Of a stretch of 64,000 bases of DNA, positions 1 through 10,103 are shown in pieces. Made by a program: the position numbers and the translations under genes. Position 1 is the first letter of the stretch; the number at the start of each line of letters is the position of its first letter. The notes beneath the pieces were generated by a model. That model saw only the letters and a program-made list of their open reading frames with translations. It ran no database searches and had not been told where the DNA came from. This stretch comes from a virus (taxonomy: Duplodnaviria > Caudoviricetes), in IMG/VR virus record IMGVR_UViG_3300037247_001786, positions 320,001 through 384,000 of that record. The stretch is one strand, 5' to 3'.

Positions 1-526
1 CTACTGACCCGGTATTAGGATCATCTTGAACTTCATCGAAAGTAAAACCAGAATCATTAAATATTAGCTCATCCGATATCCCTGTCGCTTGAGGTGTTCC
101 TTGAAAAGTTATCTTATTTTTAGGTTCAGATGTCGTTCCAATATCAATAACATTAAGGTAGTACAATGAATTAATAACACTTATTTCTATTTTATTCCCG
201 TTCCAGGTCGCATGTTGTGCGATTCCAGATTGGTCTAAGGAAGAAGTATCGTCGGGTGAGTTAGTGTTTTCTATGATATCGATAGCAAAGAAATTACCTA
301 CTACATCTCCAGTTGCGTCATCTACTGTTGGGTCATAGAATTGAGTTACAGAAATAGGCATACCTCCCCAGTTAAGAGTGGGGGTTTGGGGATCATTCTC
401 TATTGCTTGTGAGGGGTCTGCGTATGAACATAAAAGTGTATTTGGTGTACTGAATTCAGAATATCCATCTGGATAGGAAACGCTCAATACTGATGTTCCT
501 ATTGTTATTGTTCTAGTTTGACTCAT
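1..526 (-). CDS. Partial hypothetical protein (runs off window start), T/S/D/N-rich, possibly virion-associated
   Basis: Manual translation from ATG at 526 (GGAGA RBS upstream): MSQTRTITIGTSVLSVSYPDGYSEF..., open to base 1; not in ORF track. Confidence 0.65.
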   Translation of the reverse strand, partial: MSQTRTITIGTSVLSVSYPDGYSEFSTPNTLLCSYADPSQAIENDPQTPTLNWGGMPISVTQFYDPTVDDATGDVVGNFFAIDIIENTNSPDDTSSLDQSGIAQHATWNGNKIEISVINSLYYLNVIDIGTTSEPKNKITFQGTPQATGISDELIFNDSGFTFDEVQDDPNTGSV

Positions 527-665
527 TTATATTATCTCCAATTATGAGGTATATATATATTATTCGACAAAATGAATAAAAATCCTACATCTCAATATTT
601 AGATTAGAAAAGTGAAAGAGATGATAGTATAATTCGTTCTAATATTAAAATAAAGGAAATAAAAT

Positions 666-2192
666 ATGAATGGAGATGGATGTACCAAACCAGCAAAAGG
701 GGGAAGTAACCTTACCTCAACAATAACAGAGCCATATCGACGAGCTGATATAGTTGTTTCAGCCGAAGATCGAATGTACGAACGTGATGAGTGCAAAAAC
801 GAGTGTACTCCGGCACCTCTAGGTTGCGGAGAAGATAGTCTAGGAAGAAAAATTGAAGGAAAAGAGATAGATATTTCCACGGTGAATTTTGCTAATGAGA
901 TCAAAGTAGACTTTATCCCTTCTATTGATTATAGAATAATGTGCCGTTTTCTGGGGCTTTCTGTTGTCACTGAAGTTAAAAATCATCCTTATTCTGAGTG
1001 TCCTCTCATTACGTTAATGTTGATGGAAAATTTGATAGATTTTATGAAAAAAGAGGGCTATGCTTTTGCCGGAGAATTAAATTTTGATAGAAGTGGGCAG
1101 TCAGTTCCAGTTGATAAAACGGTTTGGAAGATTAAGAATAAAGAGATATCTTTCACTTCAACAGGATTCATGTATTTCGAGAACATCAAAAAGAAAGACA
1201 AACAGAGTAATTTGATTTTTTACTTGTCAACGATATTGGATCATGGATCAGCATCGATAACTTGCTTTACCAATGATGAAAAAAAATCTGAACGAGTGAT
1301 TAAAGACCTAGAGGCTTATTCTAAGGACTATAATTGTTTAAGAGGAGCTAAGATTAGAGATATTAATATGTATGGAGCTAGTTTCTCAGAAGTCGCCTAT
1401 AGAGAGGAATGCACTTGGGATAACTACTATTACACTGATGATGTTAAAGATATTTTTGAATTAGAAGTATTCGGATTTCTTAAAAATGTAAAACAATATA
1501 ATCTTCATGGCATAACTAAAAGAGGCTTGATAATTTACGGTCCTCCAGGAACAGGTAAAACTACTATCGGACATATTCTATGTAACAATCTCCCAGATCA
1601 TACTGTTATATGGATAACTCCAGAAATTATACAGGAGAATCAACATCACTCTTATTCCTCTATTAAGTTGTTGTATAAGCTTGCAGATTTTGTTTCGCCA
1701 TCAGTTATTATATTAGAAGACTTAGATCTATTTAGTAATGACAGAGAGAGGGGAGGGGACATGTTAGGATTGGGATCTCTTATGAATGTTTTAGATGGCG
1801 TTAACTCAATATACAATGCCGTTACTCTCGGAACGACTAATAGGTTAGAAACTATTGAAAAAGCTCTCACAAACCGTCCTGGGCGTTTTGATAGGATAGT
1901 AGAGATATCTCCCCTCGACGATGATTTGAGAAGAAGGATGTTCGAAAATAGATTAGAGGAATGGGAATATGAGGATGAGGTACTTGAACATCTTATTGCA
2001 AAAACTGGGGAATGGACTGGGGCAGAGTCTCAAGAGTTTATAAATACACTTAATCTTAAATTAATCAGTTCTGATAATGAAGATAAGAAAATAGATATTG
2101 AACTGGTAAACGAAATCATCGAGATAATGCAAAAATTTGGCGTTGGAGAGAGTTCAGGAAAAGTGCTTGGTTTCGGTCAAAGAGATAAGTAG
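666..2192 (+). CDS. AAA+ family ATPase
   Basis: Walker A GPPGTGKT, Walker B IILEDLD, SRH TTNR...RPGRFD. Confidence 0.92.
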   Translation: MNGDGCTKPAKGGSNLTSTITEPYRRADIVVSAEDRMYERDECKNECTPAPLGCGEDSLGRKIEGKEIDISTVNFANEIKVDFIPSIDYRIMCRFLGLSVVTEVKNHPYSECPLITLMLMENLIDFMKKEGYAFAGELNFDRSGQSVPVDKTVWKIKNKEISFTSTGFMYFENIKKKDKQSNLIFYLSTILDHGSASITCFTNDEKKSERVIKDLEAYSKDYNCLRGAKIRDINMYGASFSEVAYREECTWDNYYYTDDVKDIFELEVFGFLKNVKQYNLHGITKRGLIIYGPPGTGKTTIGHILCNNLPDHTVIWITPEIIQENQHHSYSSIKLLYKLADFVSPSVIILEDLDLFSNDRERGGDMLGLGSLMNVLDGVNSIYNAVTLGTTNRLETIEKALTNRPGRFDRIVEISPLDDDLRRRMFENRLEEWEYEDEVLEHLIAKTGEWTGAESQEFINTLNLKLISSDNEDKKIDIELVNEIIEIMQKFGVGESSGKVLGFGQRDK

Positions 2193-2231
2193 TTTATGTA
2201 TAACGAGTTATGAAAAATAGATATTTTTTTC

Positions 2232-2260
2232 TTGACAAAGACTTGGATTTATGGTAGATT
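2232..2260 (+). promoter_or_regulatory. Sigma70-like promoter
   Basis: TTGACA-17-TAGATT with TG before the -10. Confidence 0.6.
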
Positions 2261-2293
2261 ATAAATAATTAAGTAAGAAAATAATAAAATAAA

Positions 2294-2989
2294 GTGATTT
2301 TTAGCGTTGATTTTGCCGATAGGTATGTAGCTAATAAGATATCAGTACTTAATGATTCGAAAGGAATCCTCATGAACGTCATGAAAACAAGAACCCGAAA
2401 AACAGATAGAAGTAAATTTTTCGATATTTTACTTGGGAATAAAGTGTTGAACGCTATGCCTATAAAGAGACAAAGGTTTATGATGAAAAAGATTATGGAT
2501 GATCTGGATAAAGATGGAACATTAGACCCTATTAACTACGATGATGAGATGGATACAATAGACGATGCTTTAAGCGAAATAGAGTTTGATACAACAAAGA
2601 CTCCAAAGGAAAAAGCTCTTGCAATAGAATTTTTGACCAAGACCAAAGAAGAAGAAGAGCAAGAGTTTTCCAATGTTATTTCTTTGCAAAGTTTAGAAAG
2701 AATTAGAAAAAAAAGAATAGAAATGTCTGAAGATATTGATACTGAAATTATTTTGACTCCAGAAGATACGGATCCAGTAAGTGATACTGATATGCCTAAT
2801 TCATATGGTAGAAGCTCTCTTCATGAGGCTATCGGCATGAGAAATCTTGAAATGATACAAGAATACGTTAAGGAAAAGAGATATTTAGATGTGATAGACA
2901 ACAACGGAAATACTCCGTATCAAATGGCTTATCAAGAAGGTTATGAAGAAGCAATTAAAATATTTGTGACAGCGGGCGTCGCTGTTTAA
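2294..2989 (+). CDS. Protein with C-terminal ankyrin repeats
   Basis: GRSSLHEAI...D..DNNGNTPYQMA...GYEEAIKIFV ankyrin consensus; true start may be downstream. Confidence 0.75.
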   Translation: MIFSVDFADRYVANKISVLNDSKGILMNVMKTRTRKTDRSKFFDILLGNKVLNAMPIKRQRFMMKKIMDDLDKDGTLDPINYDDEMDTIDDALSEIEFDTTKTPKEKALAIEFLTKTKEEEEQEFSNVISLQSLERIRKKRIEMSEDIDTEIILTPEDTDPVSDTDMPNSYGRSSLHEAIGMRNLEMIQEYVKEKRYLDVIDNNGNTPYQMAYQEGYEEAIKIFVTAGVAV

Positions 2990-3025
2990 ATAGAATATTA
3001 TTAGATTTATTGGAGATGTATTAAA

Positions 3026-3349
3026 ATGTTTATTAATCATTCAGATGGAAGAAGTTTTAAGGTAACGTTCTCAAGCCACTTTGTTAAAAATAGTGTGGGT
3101 AGGGAAGTTCGAGAGACGACTTGTAAGTTTGCTACTGTTGACGATGCAAAAACGGGTCGTGATAAATATGAGACGGTTGCTACTGGAGTGGCTCGTCAGA
3201 ATAGTAAGGACAGGGATAGCCGCTCTGTCGGACAGAGAGTAGCTCTTGGTCGTGCTATTCAAGGCTTTCCTAAAAATGAAAGAGCGTCTTTATGGCTACA
3301 GTATGACCCGAATATGCAAATTGATAGAGAGGCGGTTGTCTCTGCATAA
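3026..3349 (+). CDS. Hypothetical phage protein
   Basis: GGAG RBS; D...R.VG.RVALGRA motif typical of small phage proteins. Confidence 0.65.
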   Translation: MFINHSDGRSFKVTFSSHFVKNSVGREVRETTCKFATVDDAKTGRDKYETVATGVARQNSKDRDSRSVGQRVALGRAIQGFPKNERASLWLQYDPNMQIDREAVVSA

Positions 3350-3380
3350 GTAAGACGGAAAAATATAGGTTTATATTTAA

Positions 3381-3413
3381 GGGAGTCCGTCACTGGCGGA
3401 TTCCCTTTTTTTT
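3381..3413 (+). terminator. Intrinsic terminator
   Basis: GGGAGTCCG/CGGATTCCC stem followed by T8. Confidence 0.85.
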
Positions 3414-3422
3414 GGTGATATT

Positions 3423-4655
3423 ATGAAAGATTTAGTTAAGACAATTAAAAAAATAAGCAAGAGACACCCAGGATATCTAGGAGATTTTTTGCCTATAAGA
3501 TTATTGAAGTATAATTTCTTGAAGAGAGGTTTAGATAGAGAAGTTAAAGCTGACATGGTGAATGTACAGTCTCATCCACAGTTTCCTCATCTAAAAATAT
3601 ACAAGTACTCTCAAGACGCAGTTTGCGAAAGAAATTGGAACGAGATAACTCTTATAGCTAGAGGTCTGATAGTAGATACAGAAGCTAAAAAAGTTATAGC
3701 TACTCCTTTTGTAAAATTCTTTAATTATTCAGAGTTGATACCTATCGCTGAAATAATGGAAAAAGAATTTGTTGCTTTAGAGAAACTTGACGGATCAATG
3801 GGTATATGCTTCTTTTACGAGAACAAATGGAGAATAGCTACTTGCGGTTCTTTTGCTTCTGAGCAGTCTCAGTGGGCTAATAAATATTTTGCAAAGTATA
3901 TACAAGATAGGCATCTTGAAGAAGATACTACATACTTATTAGAAATAATATACCCAGAGAATAAGATAGTTGTTCCTTACTCAAAAGAAACTTTATGTTT
4001 GTTATCAGCTTACAGAAAAGGTTACGAGTTAGAGAAAAAAGAGTTAGATATAGTGGCTTTTAAATCTGGATTTTCTGTTCCAGAAACTTATGACTTTAAT
4101 AAATTGGATAAGATATTACACGAAGCATCTATCATAGATCATACTCAAGAAGGTTTTGTAGTTAGGTTTAAGTCTGGTGTTAGAGTTAAGATAAAAGGTG
4201 ACGAATATTGTCGTATCCATAAGTTGATATCTAGAGTAACTCCTATTGCCGTATGGGAGATGTTGGTAAGCGGCGATGATATGGAATCTGTGAAAAAAGA
4301 TCTTCCAGAAGAGATGGAGTTCGACTACGATAACATAGTTTCTATCTTAAGAGCTATGTTGCAAGAAACTCTTGACGGTATAGATCATGCTTACGAAGCG
4401 ACAAAACACTTGTCTGATAAAGAACTTGGTTTGGACTTGTCTAACAAAGAATCAGAGTATCTTAAAGACGAGATAGTGAAACAATTTAAGTCTTATATTT
4501 TTCCTAGGAGAAAAAACACATTTGAGGAGCAGTTCAATGATGTTGATTCTTTGATGAGAAGGAAGATATTTAAGTTGTTTAGACCTAAGAGCAACTTTTT
4601 AGAAGGGTACGTTCCTTCTTCTGCTATGAACAGGTTTCAAGACGGAGTGAATTAA
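3423..4655 (+). CDS. RNA ligase, T4 Rnl1-like
   Basis: ARGLI...PFVKFFN, motif I EKLDGS, EIIYPENKIVV, EGFVV, RVKIK. Confidence 0.9.
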   Translation: MKDLVKTIKKISKRHPGYLGDFLPIRLLKYNFLKRGLDREVKADMVNVQSHPQFPHLKIYKYSQDAVCERNWNEITLIARGLIVDTEAKKVIATPFVKFFNYSELIPIAEIMEKEFVALEKLDGSMGICFFYENKWRIATCGSFASEQSQWANKYFAKYIQDRHLEEDTTYLLEIIYPENKIVVPYSKETLCLLSAYRKGYELEKKELDIVAFKSGFSVPETYDFNKLDKILHEASIIDHTQEGFVVRFKSGVRVKIKGDEYCRIHKLISRVTPIAVWEMLVSGDDMESVKKDLPEEMEFDYDNIVSILRAMLQETLDGIDHAYEATKHLSDKELGLDLSNKESEYLKDEIVKQFKSYIFPRRKNTFEEQFNDVDSLMRRKIFKLFRPKSNFLEGYVPSSAMNRFQDGVN

Positions 4656-4682
4656 TCACTGTCAAGTATCTACATTTTCTAC

Positions 4683-4711
4683 TTGACAGTGATTCTCTTT
4701 TATGCTATAAT
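4683..4711 (+). promoter_or_regulatory. Sigma70-like promoter
   Basis: TTGACA-17-TATAAT, extended -10 TG. Confidence 0.8.
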
Positions 4712-4750
4712 GCCTCTTATCGTATTATTTACAACTAGAGGAATTTATAA

Positions 4751-5182
4751 ATGGAAAAAAAGTATGTATTGCTAGCATGTCCCATATTAAAAGATGGTAA
4801 AGATATAATAGGAAACCCTTTTGTATCTGGTGAGTTTATTCAATCTAAAGTTTTTGTTCGAGATGGAAATATCGATACTGGTTTGAGAGGTTTCTTATGG
4901 GGAAAATGTCCTAGATTTCGTCATAAAAATATTTTAAAATTTGACTGGGCGGTAGTGAAAACAGAAGTAAACGAAAATTTACTTTTGTTAGATAATGTCA
5001 CTAACGAGACCAAATTTAAAAGGGGGATAATACTTTATATCGGAAAGATACAAAGTTGTGCAGATTTCATCTTAAATATTAAAGATGATGAACAGCAGTA
5101 TTTTCTTGATGAAATAAAATCTTTAACATTAGAACAAATACTTGGAACAGAAGAATGGAAAAGGAAACAAGAAAAATGGTAA
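4751..5182 (+). CDS. Hypothetical protein
   Basis: ORF downstream of promoter with GAGGA RBS. Confidence 0.6.
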   Translation: MEKKYVLLACPILKDGKDIIGNPFVSGEFIQSKVFVRDGNIDTGLRGFLWGKCPRFRHKNILKFDWAVVKTEVNENLLLLDNVTNETKFKRGIILYIGKIQSCADFILNIKDDEQQYFLDEIKSLTLEQILGTEEWKRKQEKW

Positions 5183-5490
5183 AACCAATTACGCCAGAAG
5201 AAATTACGACTACAAAAGAAGATCTTATTCCAGATGAAGTTATAGAATCATTTAACGAAATGATTGTTGCGAAATGGAATGGAACAGAATCTTTTTTCAG
5301 GCTAAAAGAGATAACTACTGTAGCCAAGAGAAAATTAAATCTGCGAAAACCAAAAAAAGAATTCGATAGTAAATGGTTAGATGTAGAAGACATTTATCGA
5401 AGATTAGGTTGGAACGTAGTATATATGTCTCCCGACTGGGGCGAAGATTATGATGCTTATTTTACATTTAGCAAAAAGGATAAAAAATAA
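5155..5490 (+). CDS. Hypothetical protein
   Basis: ORF in coupled gene run. Confidence 0.6.
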   Translation: MEKETRKMVKPITPEEITTTKEDLIPDEVIESFNEMIVAKWNGTESFFRLKEITTVAKRKLNLRKPKKEFDSKWLDVEDIYRRLGWNVVYMSPDWGEDYDAYFTFSKKDKK

Positions 5491-6167
5491 TGTTCCTGAT
5501 CGGCGACGTTCATGGCGAGTGGAAAACTTATAGACATATCATAGAAAAGATGCAACTTAAGGGTGGCAGAAAAGGTATGGACTGCTCTCTCGTTCTAGGC
5601 GATATGGGTATAGGTTTTGAAGATTTCTCAAATGATAGCATTAGAGATAGAAGTTTCATAAAAGATATCCCTCTTCAACATAAATTCATAGTGGGGAACC
5701 ACGACGATCGTGATTTAGCAAATACTCATCCTAATTGTTTGGGAGATTTTGGATATCATGAAAAGAGTGAACTGTTTTATGTGTCAGGTGGTTTTTCAAT
5801 TGATTATGAATGGAGAGAAAAAGATATTACTTGGTGGGAGAACGAAGAGCTTTCTGCCAAGCAAATAGATGAGGCTCTTGAGTTGTACTCGAAAGTTAAG
5901 CCAAAAATAATAGTGGCTCATGAGTGTCCTACAGAGGTGAAATATTTTGTTATTACTAATCCTCTAAAAAGAGAGATTAAATCAAGGACGGAGAAGATGC
6001 TTCAAAAGATGATAGAAATTCATCGTCCAGATTATTTTATTTTTGGGCATCATCACCAAAGAGAAGAAACTAATATAGATGGAACTCAATATATCTGTTT
6101 GGGAACTTTAAGTTACGATGGATACTCACAATGTATCTTTGAGATACCAGGAATAACATGGGAATAA
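5490..6167 (+). CDS. Metallophosphoesterase (calcineurin-like)
   Basis: GDVHG, GD, GNHD, H, GHHH motifs. Confidence 0.88.
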   Translation: MFLIGDVHGEWKTYRHIIEKMQLKGGRKGMDCSLVLGDMGIGFEDFSNDSIRDRSFIKDIPLQHKFIVGNHDDRDLANTHPNCLGDFGYHEKSELFYVSGGFSIDYEWREKDITWWENEELSAKQIDEALELYSKVKPKIIVAHECPTEVKYFVITNPLKREIKSRTEKMLQKMIEIHRPDYFIFGHHHQREETNIDGTQYICLGTLSYDGYSQCIFEIPGITWE

Positions 6168-6814
6168 AAAAGAAAATAATTTATTGCATAAGTGATATGC
6201 ATGGTTGCATCTCGGAACTAACTATTCCTGAGTGTGATATATTGCTGATAGCGGGAGATGTATCTCGTTATGGTAGGCAACTCTATAAAGACGCGAATTG
6301 GCTGGAAGACCACTTTAATAAGTGGCTTGGAGAGCAACCCGCTAAACATATTGTTATGACTCCTGGTAATCATGATATTATTTTTGAGAAGATGCCAGGA
6401 CTAATTCCTAAAATAAATTGTCATGTTCTTATAGATGAAATGATAGAGATTGAAGGGATAAAGATATATGGATCTCCTTGGACTATCGAATTTTATCATT
6501 GGGCTTTTAATCTGAAAGAAGAAAATCTTAAAATGGTTTGGGACCAGATACCAGATGATACCGATATATTGCTTGTTCATTCTCCTCCTTATTGCATCTT
6601 TGACATGACTAACTCACCAGGATATCCTAGAAAAAGAATAGGTAGTAAGAGTCTTAAAAAGAGGATAGAAGAGGTGCGTCCTAAATATGTTATCTTTGGG
6701 CATAATCATGGAGAAGTAGGCGTAAAGGAAGAAAAGGGCATTACTTATATTAATGCTTCTCTCCTTGACGACTTATATATGATGGTTAATTCTCCCATTT
6801 TAATAGAGATATAA
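6158..6814 (+). CDS. Metallophosphoesterase (calcineurin-like)
   Basis: SDMHG, AGD, PGNHD, HSPP, FGHNH motifs. Confidence 0.9.
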   Translation: MGIKKKIIYCISDMHGCISELTIPECDILLIAGDVSRYGRQLYKDANWLEDHFNKWLGEQPAKHIVMTPGNHDIIFEKMPGLIPKINCHVLIDEMIEIEGIKIYGSPWTIEFYHWAFNLKEENLKMVWDQIPDDTDILLVHSPPYCIFDMTNSPGYPRKRIGSKSLKKRIEEVRPKYVIFGHNHGEVGVKEEKGITYINASLLDDLYMMVNSPILIEI

Positions 6815-6815
6815 T

Positions 6816-7703
6816 ATGGCGAAAAGTAGAGTAAATAATGGAAGAACACCAAGAAGAAGAAATCTAACAAGAATAGATATTAGCGAACCTGCACCTCCAT
6901 CGCCGGAGATATTACGAGAAATTTTAGAAGCAGCTAATTCTGTAGGTCCTACGATGGGTCCTGGCTCAGGTGCTTGGATTGATGCCGCCGCTGAGGAGTA
7001 TGACGATGACGAAATTGATCTCGACGAAGAAGAATGGGATGGACAACCTCATAGCGAATATGATTTTTCTGATGATATAGACGAAGAAAAAAAAGTTATC
7101 CCAGTTGGTTCAATCGAAGTTAGAGAAATAATTTGTAAGAGAAAAAATAGCCTATATATCGTTTCCCAATTCGAAGAATATAAAGTTTTTGAAGCTCTTG
7201 ATGGAGAGATTTTTAATAGCCTCTCCGCCGCCAAGAAATATAATAAAAATTTGAGTAGAAAGATAGATTTTGATAAGATGTTTTCCGAGGAGAAAGGAAA
7301 TCTTAGGGCAGGAGAAGAGAAACTAGCAAAAGTATTGTCCTCCCCTAAAAGTGAACTTGTAGATTATTTTTGGATATTTGTCGAAGAGAAAGAGAAGAAA
7401 TATTTTGAAAACTTCATTTCTACTCATTATCTTGTTCCTAAAAAAGACGTATTTGGTGAGACAGAAAAATTTAAAGTATATGATAAGTGGATATTTTTTG
7501 TTGTTTCTAAAAATATTAAAAAGAAACAGATATCAGTGGACATGACAGATAAAGAATCAATTAAAAAACAGATATCAGAGTTAAAATCCTTTTTACCAGA
7601 AAATACTGTTTCGACTATACAAAAAGTAGACACTTCTAAAAAGAAGAAAAATAGATTAGAAGAAGAAGCAGAAAAAGGCTTTAATAAAATAGATTTAGAT
7701 TAG
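6816..7703 (+). CDS. Hypothetical protein with acidic N-terminal tract
   Basis: Long ORF, EEYDDDEIDLDEEE stretch. Confidence 0.6.
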   Translation: MAKSRVNNGRTPRRRNLTRIDISEPAPPSPEILREILEAANSVGPTMGPGSGAWIDAAAEEYDDDEIDLDEEEWDGQPHSEYDFSDDIDEEKKVIPVGSIEVREIICKRKNSLYIVSQFEEYKVFEALDGEIFNSLSAAKKYNKNLSRKIDFDKMFSEEKGNLRAGEEKLAKVLSSPKSELVDYFWIFVEEKEKKYFENFISTHYLVPKKDVFGETEKFKVYDKWIFFVVSKNIKKKQISVDMTDKESIKKQISELKSFLPENTVSTIQKVDTSKKKKNRLEEEAEKGFNKIDLD

Positions 7704-7712
7704 GAGAAGAAA

Positions 7713-8027
7713 ATGAATGAAAGTAAAACAAAGAGTGACGTATTATGCAATCTCCGTGACATTTTCCTGCGGGTTGAAACAATAGGAATGTCCCAGTTCA
7801 CGATTGACTTCCAACAGGAAATGCTAGGAATAGAGGAGCTTTATGATCCAAATAAAATAGGGTCGCTGACCGAGGGAAAGAATTATTTGGGGAGTTTATC
7901 GTATACATGTGAAAATATTTTAGATATAATGAAAAACGATGCACCAGACAGGAAATTTTTCGAGGTGATAGTTTTCCTTTGTGAGAACATTAGATTGCAT
8001 GATTTTGATTTTAAGGAAAAGTCTTAA
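7713..8027 (+). CDS. Hypothetical protein
   Basis: GGAG RBS, co-oriented ORF. Confidence 0.55.
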   Translation: MNESKTKSDVLCNLRDIFLRVETIGMSQFTIDFQQEMLGIEELYDPNKIGSLTEGKNYLGSLSYTCENILDIMKNDAPDRKFFEVIVFLCENIRLHDFDFKEKS

Positions 8028-8038
8028 CTGGAGCAAAA

Positions 8039-8332
8039 TTGAAAGGAGAAGTAATGCCATATATTAAACAAGAAGACAGAAAAGAGTTAGACCCACTTAT
8101 TGACGCTTTAAGTGATAAATTAGTACAGGAAAAAAATGTCGGTGACTATAATTATGTGATAACTAGACTAATTCATGATTTTATTAGATCTCAAGGTGTT
8201 AGGTATCAACATCTTAATTCTGCTGTTGGCATATTAGAATGTGCTAAAGCGGAACTCATCAGAACAGTCGTATCGCCCTATGAGGATCAGAAGATAAAAG
8301 AAAATGGTGCTATAAGTGAATTAGATAAATAG
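8039..8332 (+). CDS. Hypothetical phage protein (MPYIK...R family)
   Basis: MPYIKQEDR...GDYNYVITR...GILECAKAELIR...PYED.KI.ENG pattern; likely start 8054. Confidence 0.7.
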   Translation: MKGEVMPYIKQEDRKELDPLIDALSDKLVQEKNVGDYNYVITRLIHDFIRSQGVRYQHLNSAVGILECAKAELIRTVVSPYEDQKIKENGAISELDK

Positions 8333-8393
8333 TTCTTGATAGTGTTTCTTATTTATGACATAATATAAGTTAATCAAGTTTAAGGAGCAAAAC

Positions 8394-8846
8394 GTGAAAT
8401 CAGAAAAGAATAGTGAAGATATGTTTTTCGGTAAGAAGTTAAAAGAAATAAGACTTGATGCAAAGATGGGAGTCAGAAAATTTGCGGAAAAGATAGACAT
8501 TAATGCTTCCACTCTTTATAAAATAGAAAGAGGGTATGAGCATCCTAGACTGAATCGCATAGAGAGTGATTACCTCTATCCAGTAGGAGATTTAATCTTA
8601 GACAGGATAAAAAGACTGTTGGTAGATGTCGTCGAAGAAAAAAAGATAGAAGAGTTGTATCGGTTGTATGAAGAACCTTTTGTTATGCAAAAAATGCAAG
8701 AAAATGTTGTTGTTAGTCCTCTTACAGCTAAGACCGATGGGACACAATTAACTACAGAAGAACATATGGATATTAATGATTATATAAATGACATCGCCAG
8801 AGAACATAATAAAAAAGCGGATATTTATAATGGGAAATCAAAATGA
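8394..8846 (+). CDS. XRE-family HTH DNA-binding protein
   Basis: FGKKLKEIRLDAKMGVRKFAEKIDINASTLYKIERG. Confidence 0.8.
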   Translation: MKSEKNSEDMFFGKKLKEIRLDAKMGVRKFAEKIDINASTLYKIERGYEHPRLNRIESDYLYPVGDLILDRIKRLLVDVVEEKKIEELYRLYEEPFVMQKMQENVVVSPLTAKTDGTQLTTEEHMDINDYINDIAREHNKKADIYNGKSK

Positions 8847-9580
8847 ATAAACCTTCGGATAAAGAAATAAGTGATATATTAAAAGTCGATCCTCTAGTGG
8901 AAGCAGAGAAGGCAACCGGCAAAAGCTATAAAGAAGATGATGCAACTATGAATCTGGGCTTTTTATTGAATGTCCAAAATAACCTCGTTAAAGAAAATGC
9001 GTTGAAGAGTACAGGAGATTCTGTTTTCTCAATGGATTGGTTAGCCTATTGCGAATTTGTAGAAAATCTTGGTTTCGGACTTATGATTGAAGATTTTAAC
9101 GAAGATGGCACCGAATCTGTTAGAATATATTACCACGAAAAAGATGGGCTTCTTCTCAAAACAGATTCATTTAACGGAAATAGAAATTCTGCTATAGTTT
9201 ATTACAATTGGCGTCCCGATATCAAACCAAAAGAAGAGTGGAAAGATCCCAATAAAGTAGAATTGGCTGATTGGGGAGTTACTAGTAGCGGGTCATGGAA
9301 CCGTACCGATGACATTACAGATAAAACTGTAGAAGACCATTGGAGGTCTTTAGTCTGGTCAGGAGATCATGATGCGAGAGAGGCTCTGTCGTTTAATATG
9401 AGACAACTTAGAGAGAATGGTACATTCATGCCAATATGGAAAAATAGACCCTTCCTGTGGCTTCTGGGGCATTGGGAATCCAAAGGTGAGTATTCTTATG
9501 CAAAGATAAATGAGTCTCGTATAAAAAAATTACCAGAATGGGTTCAAGATGCTATAACCCCAAATAAGGAGAAACAATAA
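8843..9580 (+). CDS. Hypothetical protein
   Basis: Long ORF overlapping upstream stop (ATGA). Confidence 0.65.
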   Translation: MNKPSDKEISDILKVDPLVEAEKATGKSYKEDDATMNLGFLLNVQNNLVKENALKSTGDSVFSMDWLAYCEFVENLGFGLMIEDFNEDGTESVRIYYHEKDGLLLKTDSFNGNRNSAIVYYNWRPDIKPKEEWKDPNKVELADWGVTSSGSWNRTDDITDKTVEDHWRSLVWSGDHDAREALSFNMRQLRENGTFMPIWKNRPFLWLLGHWESKGEYSYAKINESRIKKLPEWVQDAITPNKEKQ

Positions 9581-9973
9581 ATGATAAGAACAGTAGAAAC
9601 TCCGAAAAGACCTCACTTTATTTTTGATGGCAAGATGTGGGAAATAGAAAACAAATTTACCTCTGTTAGTGGTGAAAGGCAAAGGACGAAAGTAAAATTT
9701 GAGCATATCTGCGAAACTATGATGATTGATCAAGATAAAGGTTTTAATAGTGGAGAACCAGTAGGAAGTCATTGGTCATATGTCGAAACGGTTACAGTTC
9801 AATTTGATGACGATTATGATGATCCCGAAATAACTCTATATATACTAAATAGAGGCACCATTGTATCGCAAGGGAAAAAAAATAAAATAGAAAATTTAAC
9901 TCTTCCATTCTTCGTCGTTCAAAAACTCGTAAAAGAAGCAAGTAAGATAGATGCGAAAAATAGAGATAAGTAA
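9581..9973 (+). CDS. Hypothetical protein
   Basis: Coupled ORF. Confidence 0.55.
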   Translation: MIRTVETPKRPHFIFDGKMWEIENKFTSVSGERQRTKVKFEHICETMMIDQDKGFNSGEPVGSHWSYVETVTVQFDDDYDDPEITLYILNRGTIVSQGKKNKIENLTLPFFVVQKLVKEASKIDAKNRDK

Positions 9974-9984
9974 TAAGATAGTTC

Positions 9985-10012
9985 TTGAAAGTGATTTTCC
10001 TTTCTATATAAT
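9985..10012 (+). promoter_or_regulatory. Sigma70-like promoter (TTGAAAGTGATTT family)
   Basis: TTGAAA GTGATTTT...TATAAT. Confidence 0.65.
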
Positions 10013-10103
10013 AATAAGTGTTCTTTAAAAATAGAGAGGAAAATAGTTTTTTTCGCAGAATGTAAGATATCAATCACTAACCTTTTTTGTTGGGAGAAAT
10101 ATC

